From: Octopus sinensis
Lineage: Eukaryota
DNA length: 64,000 bases
Assembly (NCBI RefSeq): GCF_006345805.1
Contig: NC_043001.1
Span: forward strand, 100,378,001-100,442,000
Direction of reading: 5' to 3'
Part shown: positions 13,097 to 26,035 of the stretch, one piece after another
Layout of the letters: every line of letters begins with the position of its first letter
How positions within the stretch are numbered: position 1 is the first letter of the stretch
The notes under the pieces: generated by a model
Told to the model about the DNA's origin: nothing
Seen by the model: only the letters and a program-made list of their open reading frames with translations
Databases searched by the model: none
Translations under genes and position numbers: made by a program

Positions 13097-13730
13097 AATG
13101 AAATAATGTTACTACAAAACCCTCACACAATAAGCAGAAACATTGAAATCAAAAATAACATTGTACTTGGCTGGCCATTACAGACTAGTTTCATAGAAAA
13201 AGGAGGGATTTGGAATGGAGTTTGACATGCTGTCGTGGTTTGGGGAAAAAAAAGAACTTTATTAAATTCAGTATAAAAACCCTTTAAAAAGGCAGAGGAA
13301 ATGAATAGAAATTCGTGTGTTACAAGTATTTTTACTGGTAGCATACCATCTTGATAATTTAGTCTAGTGTTACTCTCCAAGAGGTTGAAATGAATGGTGT
13401 AGAATGCTGGAATGGCTGTAATGTTATAAACACAGTAAAGAATTGGTTGGGTAACCATAATCCCTTAAATCCAAGAAAATCATGGCACTGACCAAAATGA
13501 TGCTAAAAGTTGCTAGATGATTCAGCATCAAAGATCAAAACTCTAATTAAAGAAAGAAAACAAAAAGAAGAAATCGTGAAGAAATGGTAACAAAATATCA
13601 AAGTTTTAATTAGAAAATGTTTTCTTAAACAAAATAAATAATCAAATTTTGTGCAAAGCAAAAGAAAACTTTAAATAAAATATAAATACATTAAATCACA
13701 CACACACACATATATACTCACATTGAATAT

Positions 13731-13773
<43 letters not shown>

Positions 13774-14647
13774 CACACGGACACATACATATATACATAC
13801 ATTAAATACACATTAAATTCTCACTTCAAGGAATTGACATTTCACTATTGACATTTGACAAGTAAAACTGCCAAAACACAATATTCTTCAAAGAAAAAGA
13901 ATAAAAAAAAACATTAATTCCTTATTCCTTCTTTCTTGCCTTTGTCTTTTTCTTTCTTTCGTTTTTTGTTTGTTTGTTTGTTTGTTTGTTTCTTTCTTTC
14001 TTCACAAGAAATAATGTTACTATGATTTGTTTCCACAGAATCAGTGATCATTCAAGAAAATAACTGCTTGGTTAAACAGATGGGAATTTACAAAATAAAA
14101 GACAAAAATCTGTTCCGTCCCATTTTCATGTCAAGTTGTTTAAAGTGTTTGGACTGACATTTGACTCAGACAGAAAGAGAAGGTAATTAGACAGGTGAAG
14201 CTATTAGAAAGGTGAAGGATATACAGAAGGTGAAGGTCGTATAACATTGAAGCAGCTATAATGGAGGTGGTATAATTTTGAAGTTAATAAAACGAGGGAA
14301 GTAGAGGGAAATAAAATGATGTAAGCAATGAAATGCCAGAGGTAATAAACAGGTGAAAGTAATATAATGGTAAAGGTATTATACAGGTGAATAGGTATAC
14401 TAGTTAAGGTTATATACTGGTGTATGTAATATAATGATGGAGGTAAGATAAAGGTGGCATTAATATACGGCTGAAGGTAGTATGAAGAAAATGGCTAATA
14501 TAGTTGTCAAGGTAATATAATAGTGAAAGTAAACCACAGGTAACACACAGGTGAACATAATATTCAGGGGAAAGTAAAATAAAGATGAATATATAAAGAT
14601 TCTACAGAAAGTAATCCAAATGTAAGTATAATTTTTCATTAACCACA

Positions 14648-14993
14648 AAGAATGGAAGAGTCAGGCCAAGTCTTAGTGAGCTCACTTCAGGGAAAAGACC
14701 ACGGAGTTGTTCTTGTTGATGATACAAGGACCAGCTCAAAGCAACACTGGAAGCCACTGGAATTGAGCCTAAATTGTTTGAAACAGAAGCTTGAGACAGT
14801 ACCAAATGGCAGTGTTCCATCACCATTGGAATCAAAATCTTTGAAGCCACCAGAAGAGAAAAGAAAGAAATCAAAAGACAGGAGAGAAAAGCTCAATAAA
14901 ATCAACCTCGTCCTTCACCAACATTACCATGCAGTCAATGTCATCGTCTCTTCTTTGCAAGAGTTGGTCTACAGAGTCATCAAGGCCATCACC
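14648..14993 (+). mobile_element. RTE (BovB-like) LINE C-terminal coding remnant with terminal Cys/His motif
   Basis: A frame other than the listed ORF reads SELTSGKRPRSCSC**YKDQLKATLEATGIEPKLFETEA*DSTKW...KRQERKAQ*...LPCSQCHRLFFARVGLQSHQGHH, typical of RTE C-termini. Confidence 0.85.
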
Positions 14994-15189
14994 ACAGAGG
15001 AAGCATTCAGCAAAGAAAACACAAAATTCCCAAATACAAGATAAAGCCATCACCACCACCAAAGCATTTGTACACTTGTTGAAGCCAACTCTGTGAAAAA
15101 AGTTCAGGTATGTCCTACTCTACTCTTTTGTTTGCAGCCATTGTCATCAGTGTGTCATTTAATTGTTGTCTTTGATGACTGACATTTCT

Positions 15190-15505
15190 TTACACACATT
15201 TTCCAATATTGTTCCACCAACTTCTGTAACGCATTGTGATCACGGTCCTGTTGTGCAGAAAGCTTACAGATTTTGGCTCCTCTGTTCACACAAACCAAAC
15301 CATCATTCACGTTAATGGTCAGAGTTGATGGCCTCTCAGTGCATGGTTTGTCTTAAAAGTTGGCTTCTCCTTCTTTAAACTCTCTCCTCCACCTCTGCAT
15401 ATAACTCTTAACAATGATGTCATCTCTATAAGCAATCTATGGATTTTTGTGGATCTTCGACAGCCTGCACCCTTCCTTCACCAAGAACTCTATGAAAGCG
15501 CGTTA
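15190..15505 (-). mobile_element. Mariner-type transposase N-terminal (HTH) remnant
   Basis: Minus strand reads RAFIEFLVKEGCRLSKIHKNP*IAYRDDIIVKSYMQRWRREFKEGEANF*DKPCTERPST, matching the mariner paired-like HTH pattern. Confidence 0.8.
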
Positions 15506-16080
15506 CCTCATTATTTATCTGCAATGAAGAACTGAGAAAAAGAGTTCTACACAGGAGCTGTTACTCTAATAGGTGCAATTTGAAGAATCTTGTCAGCTAA
15601 TAAAACATTTATGCCACACAGGTGAATGTAATATTATATTAAAGGTGATATACAGGCAAAGATGATGTAATGGTGAATGCAATATAAAAGCGAGGGTAAT
15701 TGATGATACAAGGTGATATAGAGAAAGTAATATAACGAAGATTAGGTAACTGTAAAGTTAATATGATAACTGTGACAGGAAATATAAAGGTGAAATTAAT
15801 AGGCAATTAAAAGTAAAATGATGGTACAGGTAATGTAAAAGTGAAAATATGTTGTTGAATATAGTACAGGTAATATACAGGTTAATGAACTCTAATGGTG
15901 AAGGTAATATACAGGTTTAGGTGATATATAAGACAAGGTAATGTAATGGCAACTATAATATATACAGGTGAAGCTAATATACAGCTGAAAGTACTATACA
16001 GTCAAATATTATATAAAAGTAAAGGTAACTTAATAATTAAGTTGGTAACATTCAGGTGATGGTTATATAAAGATGGATAA

Positions 16081-16388
16081 AGGTTGCGAGCTGGCAGAAA
16101 CGTTGGTCTGCCAGGCAGACTACTTGGCGGCATTTTGTCTGTCTTTACGTTTAAGGAAGGTGGCGAGTTGGCAGACATGTTAGCATGCTTGGTGAAATGC
16201 TTAGCGGTATTTCGTCTGTCATCACGTTCTGAGTTCAAATTCCGCCGAGGTTGACTTTGCCTTTCATCCTTTCAGGGATGATAAATAAAGTACCAGTTTT
16301 GCACTGGGGTCGATGTAATCGCTTAATCCCTTTGTCTGTCCTTGTTTGTCCCCTCTATGTTTAGCCCCTTGTGGGCAATAAAGAAATA
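16081..16388 (+). mobile_element. SINE family S2 preceded by a second partial head
   Basis: Two consecutive gcgag(c/t)tggcaga heads, then a full S2 body. Confidence 0.85.
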
Positions 16389-16576
16389 TATATAAAGATG
16401 GATATGAAATAATGGTGGAGCTAGTATACATATGGAGGTACAAAATCCAGTGAAAGCAATGTGGAGGTAAAGGCAAAGAAAGACAAAGCATAGAATGGTA
16501 AAGTAAATGAGAAGATAATGAAAGGGAGAAAGAAATCGAGAGGTGAAAATAAAATAATATGAAGTATATACATAAC

Positions 16577-18465
16577 AAGATGTTTTATAATAGAGTGGCT
16601 GATATAATAATTTTATTGTATCTGGGGAGAGTCATTCTCTTTTGGTGCCTTATTAATTTAACACACACACCGGTTTGATTTCCACTCAATTTACTTATAT
16701 ATTTTTACTAAAATTTTCATTGTGTCTTGCAGCCTTTTCAATAGTCGTTGACTCTGTTCATTACTCACACTGCATTCTTTGCTTGTTTGCGCATATGCAT
16801 GTGCATCAGTGTATGCGTGCATACACATGTATGTATGCATGTATGTATGTATGTATGTATGTACATGTATGCATGTATGTGTATGTCTGTATGCATATAT
16901 ATATGTATGCATATGTGCATGTTTGTATATGTATTCTGCATATCCATGTGCTTGTGTGTTCATGTTTGTGTGATTGTGTGTGTTTCTGTGTTTGTGTATG
17001 TGTTTGTGTTCATGTTAGTGTGTTTGTATGTGTGTGTGTCTGTATATATGTGTGTGTGTGTACCTCTGTCTCTTTGTGTGTGCATGTTTGTTTGTGTCTG
17101 TGTATGAGTTTTTGTGACTATATAAACTGTGGGTTTTGGGATATGACACATTCTATGTATATTCCCTATTTAGTACAGGGGACGTTTCTTTAATGAGGTA
17201 GTGGGCAGCGATTTTCTTCACTACTTCAGGGAATGACGACCCTGCCTGACACGAGTCCCAGGCTTAGCTGGCTCCGGCTGACAGTACCCAGTATGGGCCC
17301 TTATCCAGAGTTACAGAAATCCGTTGTGGAACCCTGTAGGCAGTTTTGTGTTCGACTTGATACTCTTCCGGCAGCTCCTGCAACCAAGCTGGTGCCAAAC
17401 GTAATGCTCTGCACTCCTTTGGACTACGTCAGCAAGTTTGAGAGAGGAATCCTGACGATTGGGCTGCCCAGGATTTTCTTACATCTAGCCCAGGCCTGAG
17501 CAAAACTGGAGAGGACATGAAATGTAAAAACCAGACTGGATTAGTTTATGCACAACTCCATTATCTCCCGAAACAAAAGGATGCGAACAACAAACACTTG
17601 CACTTAACTGAGTGTTAGGTCCTTTGGGTACTTGGATAAAATGTGGATGTCAAGCTGAACCAGTATGCCTCCATGTTGGTCTTTGGCTTGTTGGTTGAGT
17701 ATGGAGGATTGTTTTTTGTTGTCATTTCGTCTCTCTGCAATGCTTCTAGATGTCTCACTTACGTATATCATGTTTGTGTCTTTACAAGCACCCTCTATGT
17801 ACTTTATGCTGTAGACTACATTTCTAGTTCTGCAGTTAATGTTGGGTTAATCTTACATACCATGGAGCTATCATTGGTGCATGTCATATTCTCAAAGGCG
17901 TATGTTCAACATAGTTGTGATCTGATGGAGCTCCCTGTCACACAAACCCATACATAGACACACACAAACATGCACACACAAAGAGACAGAGATACAAACA
18001 CAAATGCATACACACACATACAGACACACACACACACACACACACACAAACAAACACACACAAACACACAAACATGAACACAAACACACAAACACACACA
18101 AACACAAACACACAAACACATGAACACACAAGTACATGGATATGCAGAATACATACATACAAACGTGCACACATACATACATATATGTGTACGCACACGC
18201 ATACATGCATACACACACATATGTGTATGCACATGCACACACATGTGCACAAACAAACAAAAGAATGACCATTGTTCTGATATGGGCAGAGTGAACAACT
18301 ACTGAAAAAGCTTGCATGACGCAACAAAAATTGTAGTAAAAATAATTGAGTGAAAATGAGACTGGTGAGTGTGTTGAATTAATAAGGCACTAAAAGAGAA
18401 TGACTCTCTGCACAACAAAATATACTTCAATACATGAATTCACATAAAGAATCTTGCAAACCAAG
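16577..18465. mobile_element. Large fold-back of two inverted family B arms (~500 bp each, including GT/AC microsatellite) around an ~800 bp spacer
   Basis: 16605-17115 is the reverse complement of 17935-18432, including ggagagtcattctcttttagtgccttatt and the irregular GT pattern. Confidence 0.7.
17170..17520 (-). mobile_element. GC-richer segment resembling the 5' UTR of RTE/BovB-like LINEs
   Basis: Minus strand ...gctgacgtagtccaaaggagtgcagagcattacgtttggcaccagcttggttgcaggagctgccggaag...; the resemblance is from recall, not from an alignment. Confidence 0.45.
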
Positions 18466-19584
18466 TACAAAAACAAAATAATATAATGGTGAATGTGATT
18501 TACAAGTTAAGGTAATAGGCAGGTAAAGACAATACATCAGTAAAGATAATACACAGGTGGTGTTGATAGAAATGTAAAATTTAACCCCCCCCTCCTTAAA
18601 CATGGAGGTTTTGTTAGAACAAACTTTACTGGAGAAAATGCTTAGCAACATTTCTTCTAACTTCACATTCCGAGTTTAAATGCTGCATCGATCATGTTCG
18701 AATAGTGTTTTTTACGTGCCACTGGCACAGGTGCCATCAGCATGAGAGCCTGTAAAACTTTATAAATATTTTATTCATTCACTGAGTTTTTTTTCTAATA
18801 ATGGAGATAAACAAATGTCATTGGATTAAGTTAGTGAATTCTAAAGTTTGAAAAGAAACAAAAATTATCATAAAACAAAAGAAAAAGAAAAAACCCAAAC
18901 ATACAACAGAAGAAAAAAGGATGAAAAGAAAGAAAAACACAAAAAGACATGGAAGAGAACGAGACGTTAATTGAACGTGGATCAGAGGAGCAACCCCCCC
19001 CCCGCCCCGTAACAGCTTTTATAAAATGAAAATACAGCAACAACAACAACAACAGCTACATCAGATGTCTTAGATATGAGAACTTTTGCTATTCTAATGC
19101 GTGCTTAGCAATTTGAGGCAAGAGTGAAAATCTTCTCATTTGTTTCCTGCCATAGCACAGAAGAAGCAAGTGAAATCAGTGGAATTTCAGAGGAGAAACA
19201 GAAGCGGCGGATCTTTACCAAAAATTAATATCTTTGATAACAGATGAGCTTATGAATGTTATTTGGAACTGCTAAGTATATCCAAGTAGATTTAATACTT
19301 AAATCAAAAGATGAGGATTACAGGTTAAAAGTTGCTGTTGTTTGTTTTATTGTTTGTTGGAATGATTGTTATTCGTTGCACTAAGGTTATTTTCTATCCT
19401 GTTATTGGTTTGTTGTTATTGTTGTTATTGTTCATATTACTGGTAATGGTGGTTGTAGCGGTGATGGTGATGGTGGTGATGGTGTGTGTGTGTGTGTGTG
19501 TGTTATCCTACGTCTTACTGTTTGCTGTTGCAGTGGTTGATGCTACCACTGCTACTACCATTGATGTTGTTTTACAGTTTTTGC

Positions 19585-19615
<31 letters not shown>

Positions 19616-19736
19616 TGACCCCAGATCAGCCCTGATAAGACACACAAGATTAAATGCACTCCAGCCTTGACCATCCCATTGTTCTTGGTGAAGATTATGA
19701 ATTTGTAGCTGCTGCTATTGGTGTTATTATTATTAT

Positions 19737-20150
19737 TGAGTGAGAGAGCTGTGCACTGGGGTAAAATATACGTAGCCCAATACACCCATCATGACTACTC
19801 GTCTCTACACCAGGCACATGCATCACAACCATACGTGTGTGACATGGTGATCTCATATCAAGATAAACAGCGCATGACCTTCCAGGTGGGGCCCAGTTAG
19901 AATTGTCTTCTGGTCGAGTAGCCCATCCCACTCAAAAGGTCCCTGAATAAGGATTGTTTAAGGATGTTGAACGAACCACCCATGTTTCCAAAGGTGAATT
20001 ATTGAAACCTCCAAGAATTCCTTTCAACACGCGGCTATGATGCTCCCCTACTATTTCTGCTTGTGATCAGAGATGCACATATCGTCATCCCCTAAGGGAC
20101 ATGCTCAACTGGTTAGGGTCAAACAATCGACCAGCAAATCTGTGGTATTA
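19737..20150 (-). mobile_element. R4/Dong-like 3' UTR fragment with (AAT)n tail
   Basis: Matches 10804-11127 and 40060-40471; (ATT)n immediately to its left. Confidence 0.75.
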
Positions 20151-21184
20151 ACAGGTGCAAAAATGAAATGATGGGAAGGCAGCTCTTTCAGGCAGTGAAT
20201 GTAAGACAATGTTTTAAAAATGAGACTAAGACATTTTGTCCAGGACTGCCATATATAATATGTGTCAATGTTGGAGTGGAATCTCATCCTGATTTTATTC
20301 CATATTAAAGTACATCATGAAACTTCATCTAAAATTCAATATACATTGATAACTCTCCAAAAAACATAACAAGGAGTCGGCAAATGAAGCAAGAACTATA
20401 ATAGATAATGATGTAAAAAATCAAATTTAACGAAACAACATAGGAAGCCATAAGCAAAAGAACAAAACCATTGTGATGGAGATGAAACAAGGCTGAACAT
20501 GGAACCAGTTCTTGTCTGATGAATTTGAAAGTTAGTGAAAGACCCTGGCAATTGACTAAACTACAGTGTATTACTGGTATTTCTTTTATCCACTTCTGAG
20601 GAACAAAAAAGCAAATTTACTTCCTGGTGGAATTTAAACTCAAAGCATGAAGAAGCATATCTAAAAGACTTGAAATGGTTTGAAGTAATTCTTAGTAAAT
20701 ATTTACAACAAAAGAAGGACTTTTGGTTTTGGTCAGAGAAGTGTACCAACTCCACAATTAATGGGCCACAATGAAATAACTCGTGATTTACATAATATCC
20801 TGAGTTTAAATTCCATGGAGGTCAAGTTAGTTTTGCCTAATTCTTATCCAAGGGTTAGTAAACTAAGAATCAAAGACATGTTTTAATGAATAAACAGGCA
20901 CACTTCTTTATTGTGAGGGTGGAGAGCCATTTAAAGGAGGCTGATCTGGTCTGGTTTCATGGCATGAAACAAGAGATAAATACTTCCTCATTATGATGAT
21001 GACCTGTTACAGGTGAAAAGTTCCTTATTGATCAGGTTGTACCTTTTCTCAGCATATGAATGTAGGGAAGTAGCATAGAATCAAAGCAATTTGGGGCAGG
21101 TGGCCCCTTGCAGCTTATAAATAGGGAATTGTCTTGTGTGGTCAGCCATCTTGGTTGTGATTCTGTTGAGGATTCTTGCAGTTT

Positions 21185-21700
21185 GTTGTTACTTTTTGTA
21201 ATAGTTGTTGTTGTTGTTGTGATGGAGGTGGTGGTGGTGGTGGTGGTGGTGGTGGTAGCAGTGAGCATAAATGTGATGAAAGGGATGTGTTGGTGGTATG
21301 GGTAGCAGCAAGAGTAAAGATGGCGGAGGTGGAGGTGGTGGTAAAAGTGGTATCCACTGCAACTTACTACATTTACAAATGTCTAAAGATGATGATGACG
21401 ATGATGATGGTGATGGTGATGATGATGGTGATGATGATGATGATGGTAACAATGAAGTTATTTACGTTGAAGATGAGAATGAGGAAGAAGAGGATTTGGG
21501 AGCAGCAAACAAAATGTCTCTTGTAGATAACATCGACATCACAACCTTTACCACCACTGGCACCACTGGCACCAGCATCACCACCATTACTATCACAATC
21601 ATCATCATCACCATCAACATCAAAATTACTGTTGTCATCATCATCATCATCATCACCATACACAGGAATGGTAGCAGTAACAGCAACAACAACATGAAGA
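21185..21700. repeat. Mixed trinucleotide repeats (GTT, GGT, GAT, CAT, CAC)
   Basis: Direct reading; explains ORFs 21176, 21298, 21373 and 21462. Confidence 0.9.
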
Positions 21701-22284
21701 CAAAAGAGACCCTATCCCAGATTTAGAATTTAACAAGCTGTATACCTTTTGGTTATTATTTCAAACTAATGATTTCTTTGTTTATTGTAGTTGTTTTTAA
21801 ACTAATTTATGAATCTTATGGGCAAATAGAGAGACCATTATTAATTAGTTGACATCATTAACAGCAAAAGAAACTTCGTTTAGCTTTTACACATATAGAA
21901 GATAAGAGAAAAAAAACTAATCCCTTTAAAAGCTGAACTCCCTGCTTGACCTCTGACCTCTTCTTGCAACTACAGCACCAGTCATTACCATCCAGTATAA
22001 TTTACATAGCCTTAGTTCCATGCTACCTTTCAGGCGTACTGAGGTATTCCAGGAGTGGCCATCCCATTTAATTACTTTATCTGGGACACATTGAATGTGT
22101 CCTTTATTTATAATGGAAGTGTTTGATTTGAAGGAAATCCAGCTGCTGTATTTAACATTAAAGTTTCCCCCGTTTAATTAATATGTATTTGTATATTTGT
22201 TTGTGGGAATATTAATCAAAGTATACAGCATTATAGAGCCATTTCAGCAGATCTCATCAATTGGTTTTGCACTGGGTATTAGAT

Positions 22285-22420
22285 AACCAGTTATTATATG
22301 ACAGAATGGCTAAGTAATACCGCATGCTCTTCAGAGATGGTCAAAATGCTTTACCATATCTGTCATCTCTGAAGAGCACATAGTATTACCTAACCTTGCT
22401 GTTATATAATATCTGGTTAC
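22285..22420. repeat. Imperfect palindrome (~55 bp arms)
   Basis: ccagttattatatgacagaatggctaagtaatac...gctcttcagagatgg pairs with tcatctctgaagagc...gtattacctaaccttgctgttatataatatctgg. Confidence 0.8.
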
Positions 22421-22543
22421 ACTCCACTCAATATTATTAATAAATTTCACTCTACAAAATATAGAGAGTCTCATCCTAAACAGATGCCTCATTCTTTTCT
22501 ACAAGTCAATCAACACCATTACTACACATACATGTGAGCACAC

Positions 22544-22584
<41 letters not shown>

Positions 22585-23622
22585 ACACACACACACACAC
22601 ACACAATACACATGCACACAATACATACGCACAATATACACACATAAAATACACACACAGTATGCACACATTACACATACATGCACGATATACACACGCA
22701 TGAGCACAAAACACACACACACACACATATATGTATATAGATAGGGAAATAAAGACTTGCTTACTCATATATAATGTGAGAAATTTGATGCCAGCTCTCA
22801 TGCCAGAATTGCTGGGCTAACATTACAGTCGAATCTGAAGGAGGATAAAAGGTTAAAATAATACTGGCGATGATTTTTTGGAGGAAAAATGCTTGGTGGT
22901 GGTGAGTTTTGTATTTGAGATGGTATTGTACTTGAGTAAATATAGGAGATAAACAGGGCGATAAAGTAACAATTAGCAAGCTAGACAGGTTTATTGACTA
23001 CAAAAATTGTATATTATGTTACAGTAATATATTTTAGAATAATAGTTTTTCACAACAACATAGTATATAATTGATGAAAGAAAGGAAACTATATGAATCT
23101 TAAAGTAAGTGAAAGATAAATGAGTTGCATTGTGGGATATGTATTTAAATTAGACAATCAGGAAAGTAAAAGGAAGAAGCATGATATTTCTTTACTCCTG
23201 CAAAATACATAAGTGAAAGTGCTAGCAATAGTAGTAGTAGTAGTAGTAGTAGTAGTTGTAGTAGTAGTAGCAGTAGTAGTAGATGTGTAGTGGAGATGTT
23301 GAAGTAATTAAATAATGTTACAAACTTCAACAACAAGCAAAAGAGAATTCTTTGTCAGAAAGGTGTTCACTTAACATGGAGACTGACTTTAGTTTAAATT
23401 CTCATCTTTCTCAAAGAGAAAGTGACACTTAGATGTTCTGTCAGGAAATGGTACATGTCACCTGATAGTACCATTTCTTTCATTTTAACTGAAATAAAGT
23501 TAAGATGAAAGTATTTTATTTTATACTTTTCTTCTTCTTTTTTTCTTTACATTATTGATTTAGTGGTAAGTTCATGGTTTACATTACATTCTCCATATCA
23601 TTATTTAGAGTGTTAGCAGATG

Positions 23623-23653
<31 letters not shown>

Positions 23654-25311
23654 TCATTCATTCTTTCTTTCTTTCTTCTTCCCTTTTTTACTTATTGACC
23701 CTTTTCAGTGTTATTGACAGTGTGAAGGAGGGAAGGGAAGGAATTAGCGAGAAGGGGGGGAGAAAGTGTATAGGGGGAGCAGGGGGTTGAGAGGAAAGTG
23801 AGATGCGGAGGGAATGAGTGTGTGCCAAATTTCAACATGGAATCGTAAGTTAAAGAGAAACAACCAAATGATTGAGAAACTCAAATAAAAAAATGACAAA
23901 ACATAAATGAAAAAAATAATTCACATAGCTAAAAGATAAAAAATAAAAAAACAAAACCTTAAAAAGCATTAAAATATATTGCAAAAAATATAAAAAATAA
24001 AGAAGGTAAAGCTGTATAGTTATAGCAAAGAATAACCAAAACCTATTTGAAGATCAATTTAACATCTAAAAGAGATTAAATACATCCATATTGATTGCCA
24101 TAATCCAATTATTGCAGAATTATTGGTTTGGTAGAAGTTAGCTAACCATGTTTGTTCGGAGTCAGAAAGTAGATGTCTGGCAATAATATTAATTCATTCG
24201 TTTTAAATCTAAACCACTCACCTTAAACAGGTAATGTAATGGCTTCACTGGGTCTTGTTCGGATTTAGTGAAACACAACCAGATTTTTGACTTTTAGTCA
24301 ATCCTTTTAAACAGCTTCCAATAATTTCCAATGTAATCACATGGCTACATGTTCGTTAGGAATCGTCGTCGTCGCCGTCATTGTCGTTGTCATCATCATC
24401 ATCATCATCATCGTTGTTGTTTACTTCACTTAATATCCAATTCCATGCTGGAATGGCTTGCATTATTTGACAGGAACTGGCATGGCCAGAGTGCTGCACC
24501 AGGCTACATGTCATGTCTGCTTTGGCAATGGTTTCTATGGCTGGGTGATGCCCTTCCTAATGCCAACCACTTTACAGAATAAACTAAGTGTTTTTTATGT
24601 GACACCAGCACAGGTGCTTTATACATTAGGAACGTCTGATCAACTAAATTCACCTCAATACTCTTTTAATGTTTATTTAATTAAGCTCACAAGTGTGAAA
24701 TGTAGAGTCTCTCCAGACAGGATTTGAACCCAGAAAGTAAATGTACATAACTAAATGCCCCAAACTAGTTTGTCTACTGCTTTACTAAGTCCACTATTTA
24801 ATTGCCCACCTACACAATTTTAGTACAATACAAATTCTGTTGGCTATCGTTTACTTGTGAGGGAAGCTTTGTAAAACAGAATGATTTCACTAAATATTTT
24901 GCCTGCTCATGTAGTCATAATCAGAAACAGATGCCTTTGGGACCCCTCACACTTGATTCTGTGGAACATCCAGGATTGGACAGCCTAAGGAAGGGAGGAC
25001 TTAACGAACACCTGACTAGTACTCATTACAGATTAGCTGGTAGGTGTAATTGGAAATAAAGTGCCTTGCTCAAGAACATAATCTGCTACTCAGTCCAGCA
25101 ATTAAATCTTGTGACCATCCGTCAAACTGCTTAAGCATTCTGGCACACACCTGCACACTGAAACCGTCCAACAACTATTATAAAAGATTGACGGTTAGCA
25201 TTGAATTTTGACATCTTTCTGTTTTGAACATGTTGCTAGGTTCCACTTTATTACCTCTGATGTTGATTTAACACATCACTTTACATCCCCCTCCTCCTCC
25301 TCTCATTTCTT

Positions 25312-25535
25312 TATTGCCCACAAGGGGCTAAACATAGAGGGGACAAACAAGGACAGACAAAGGGATTAAGTCGATAACATTGACCCCAGTGCGTAACTGG
25401 TACTTAATTTATCGACCCCAAAAAGATGAAAGGCAAAGTCGACCTTGGCAGAATTTGAACTCAGAACGTAATGGCAGATGAAATACCACTAAGCATTTCG
25501 CCCGGCATGCTAATGTTTCTGCCAGTTCACCACCA
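25312..25535 (-). mobile_element. SINE family S2
   Basis: Reverse complement of the S2 consensus, nearly full length. Confidence 0.9.
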
Positions 25536-26003
25536 CCTCCTCCTCTTCTTCTTCTAGTAACAAAATGAAGTTACTCTTCTGCTAAAGAATATCAACGTAG
25601 TATCATAAGATCTCCTCATCTGGATTATACTGGTCATTGTATGATCTGAGCTCAAATATGGTTGCAGCGATCTTTGCTTGTAATTCTTCTTCTGTTACCA
25701 AGCAATACTCTCAGTTATATTGACAACATGTGCTGCTGAATACGGTATTGTACCTAATTAAATAAATTGGTGGAAAACGGTCTTGTGCCTAATTAAAAGA
25801 GATCAGGATAACGTGCTGCTCCTCTCCTGATGAAATTATAAAATAGCATTCAAGGTAATGAAGACGCAGCTCAGAAGAGAAAGAGAGATAATGAAAGGAT
25901 AAAGAAAGGGGGAGGTTGGGGAAAAGCTGTGTGGAAAGGGTTGATAATGAGAATGAGGGCTTAGATGTTATAAGGGCGTGGTTCTAAGAGGGGAAGGAAA
26001 TAT

Positions 26004-26035
<32 letters not shown>

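Larger units (their letters stand above)
14170..16560. repeat. Degenerate minisatellite (ACAGGTGAAGGTAATAT-like unit), split by insertions
   Basis: Recurrent caggtgaa/ggtaatata motifs at 14170-14610, 15615-16060 and 16390-16560, resuming at 18480-18560. Confidence 0.7.

Noticed and set aside
14652-15044. 130-aa ORF that looks like a host exon
   Set aside because: The recognisable homology (RTE C-terminus) is in a different, stop-containing frame; this ORF is a shadow frame.
20540-20775. 72-codon open frame without Met on the plus strand
   Set aside because: Weak GAG acceptor, no donor and no recognisable homology.
21298-21726. ORF starting MGSSKSK with Gly/Asp tracts
   Set aside because: It consists of trinucleotide repeats; the myristoylation-like start is probably chance, and no splice context supports it.
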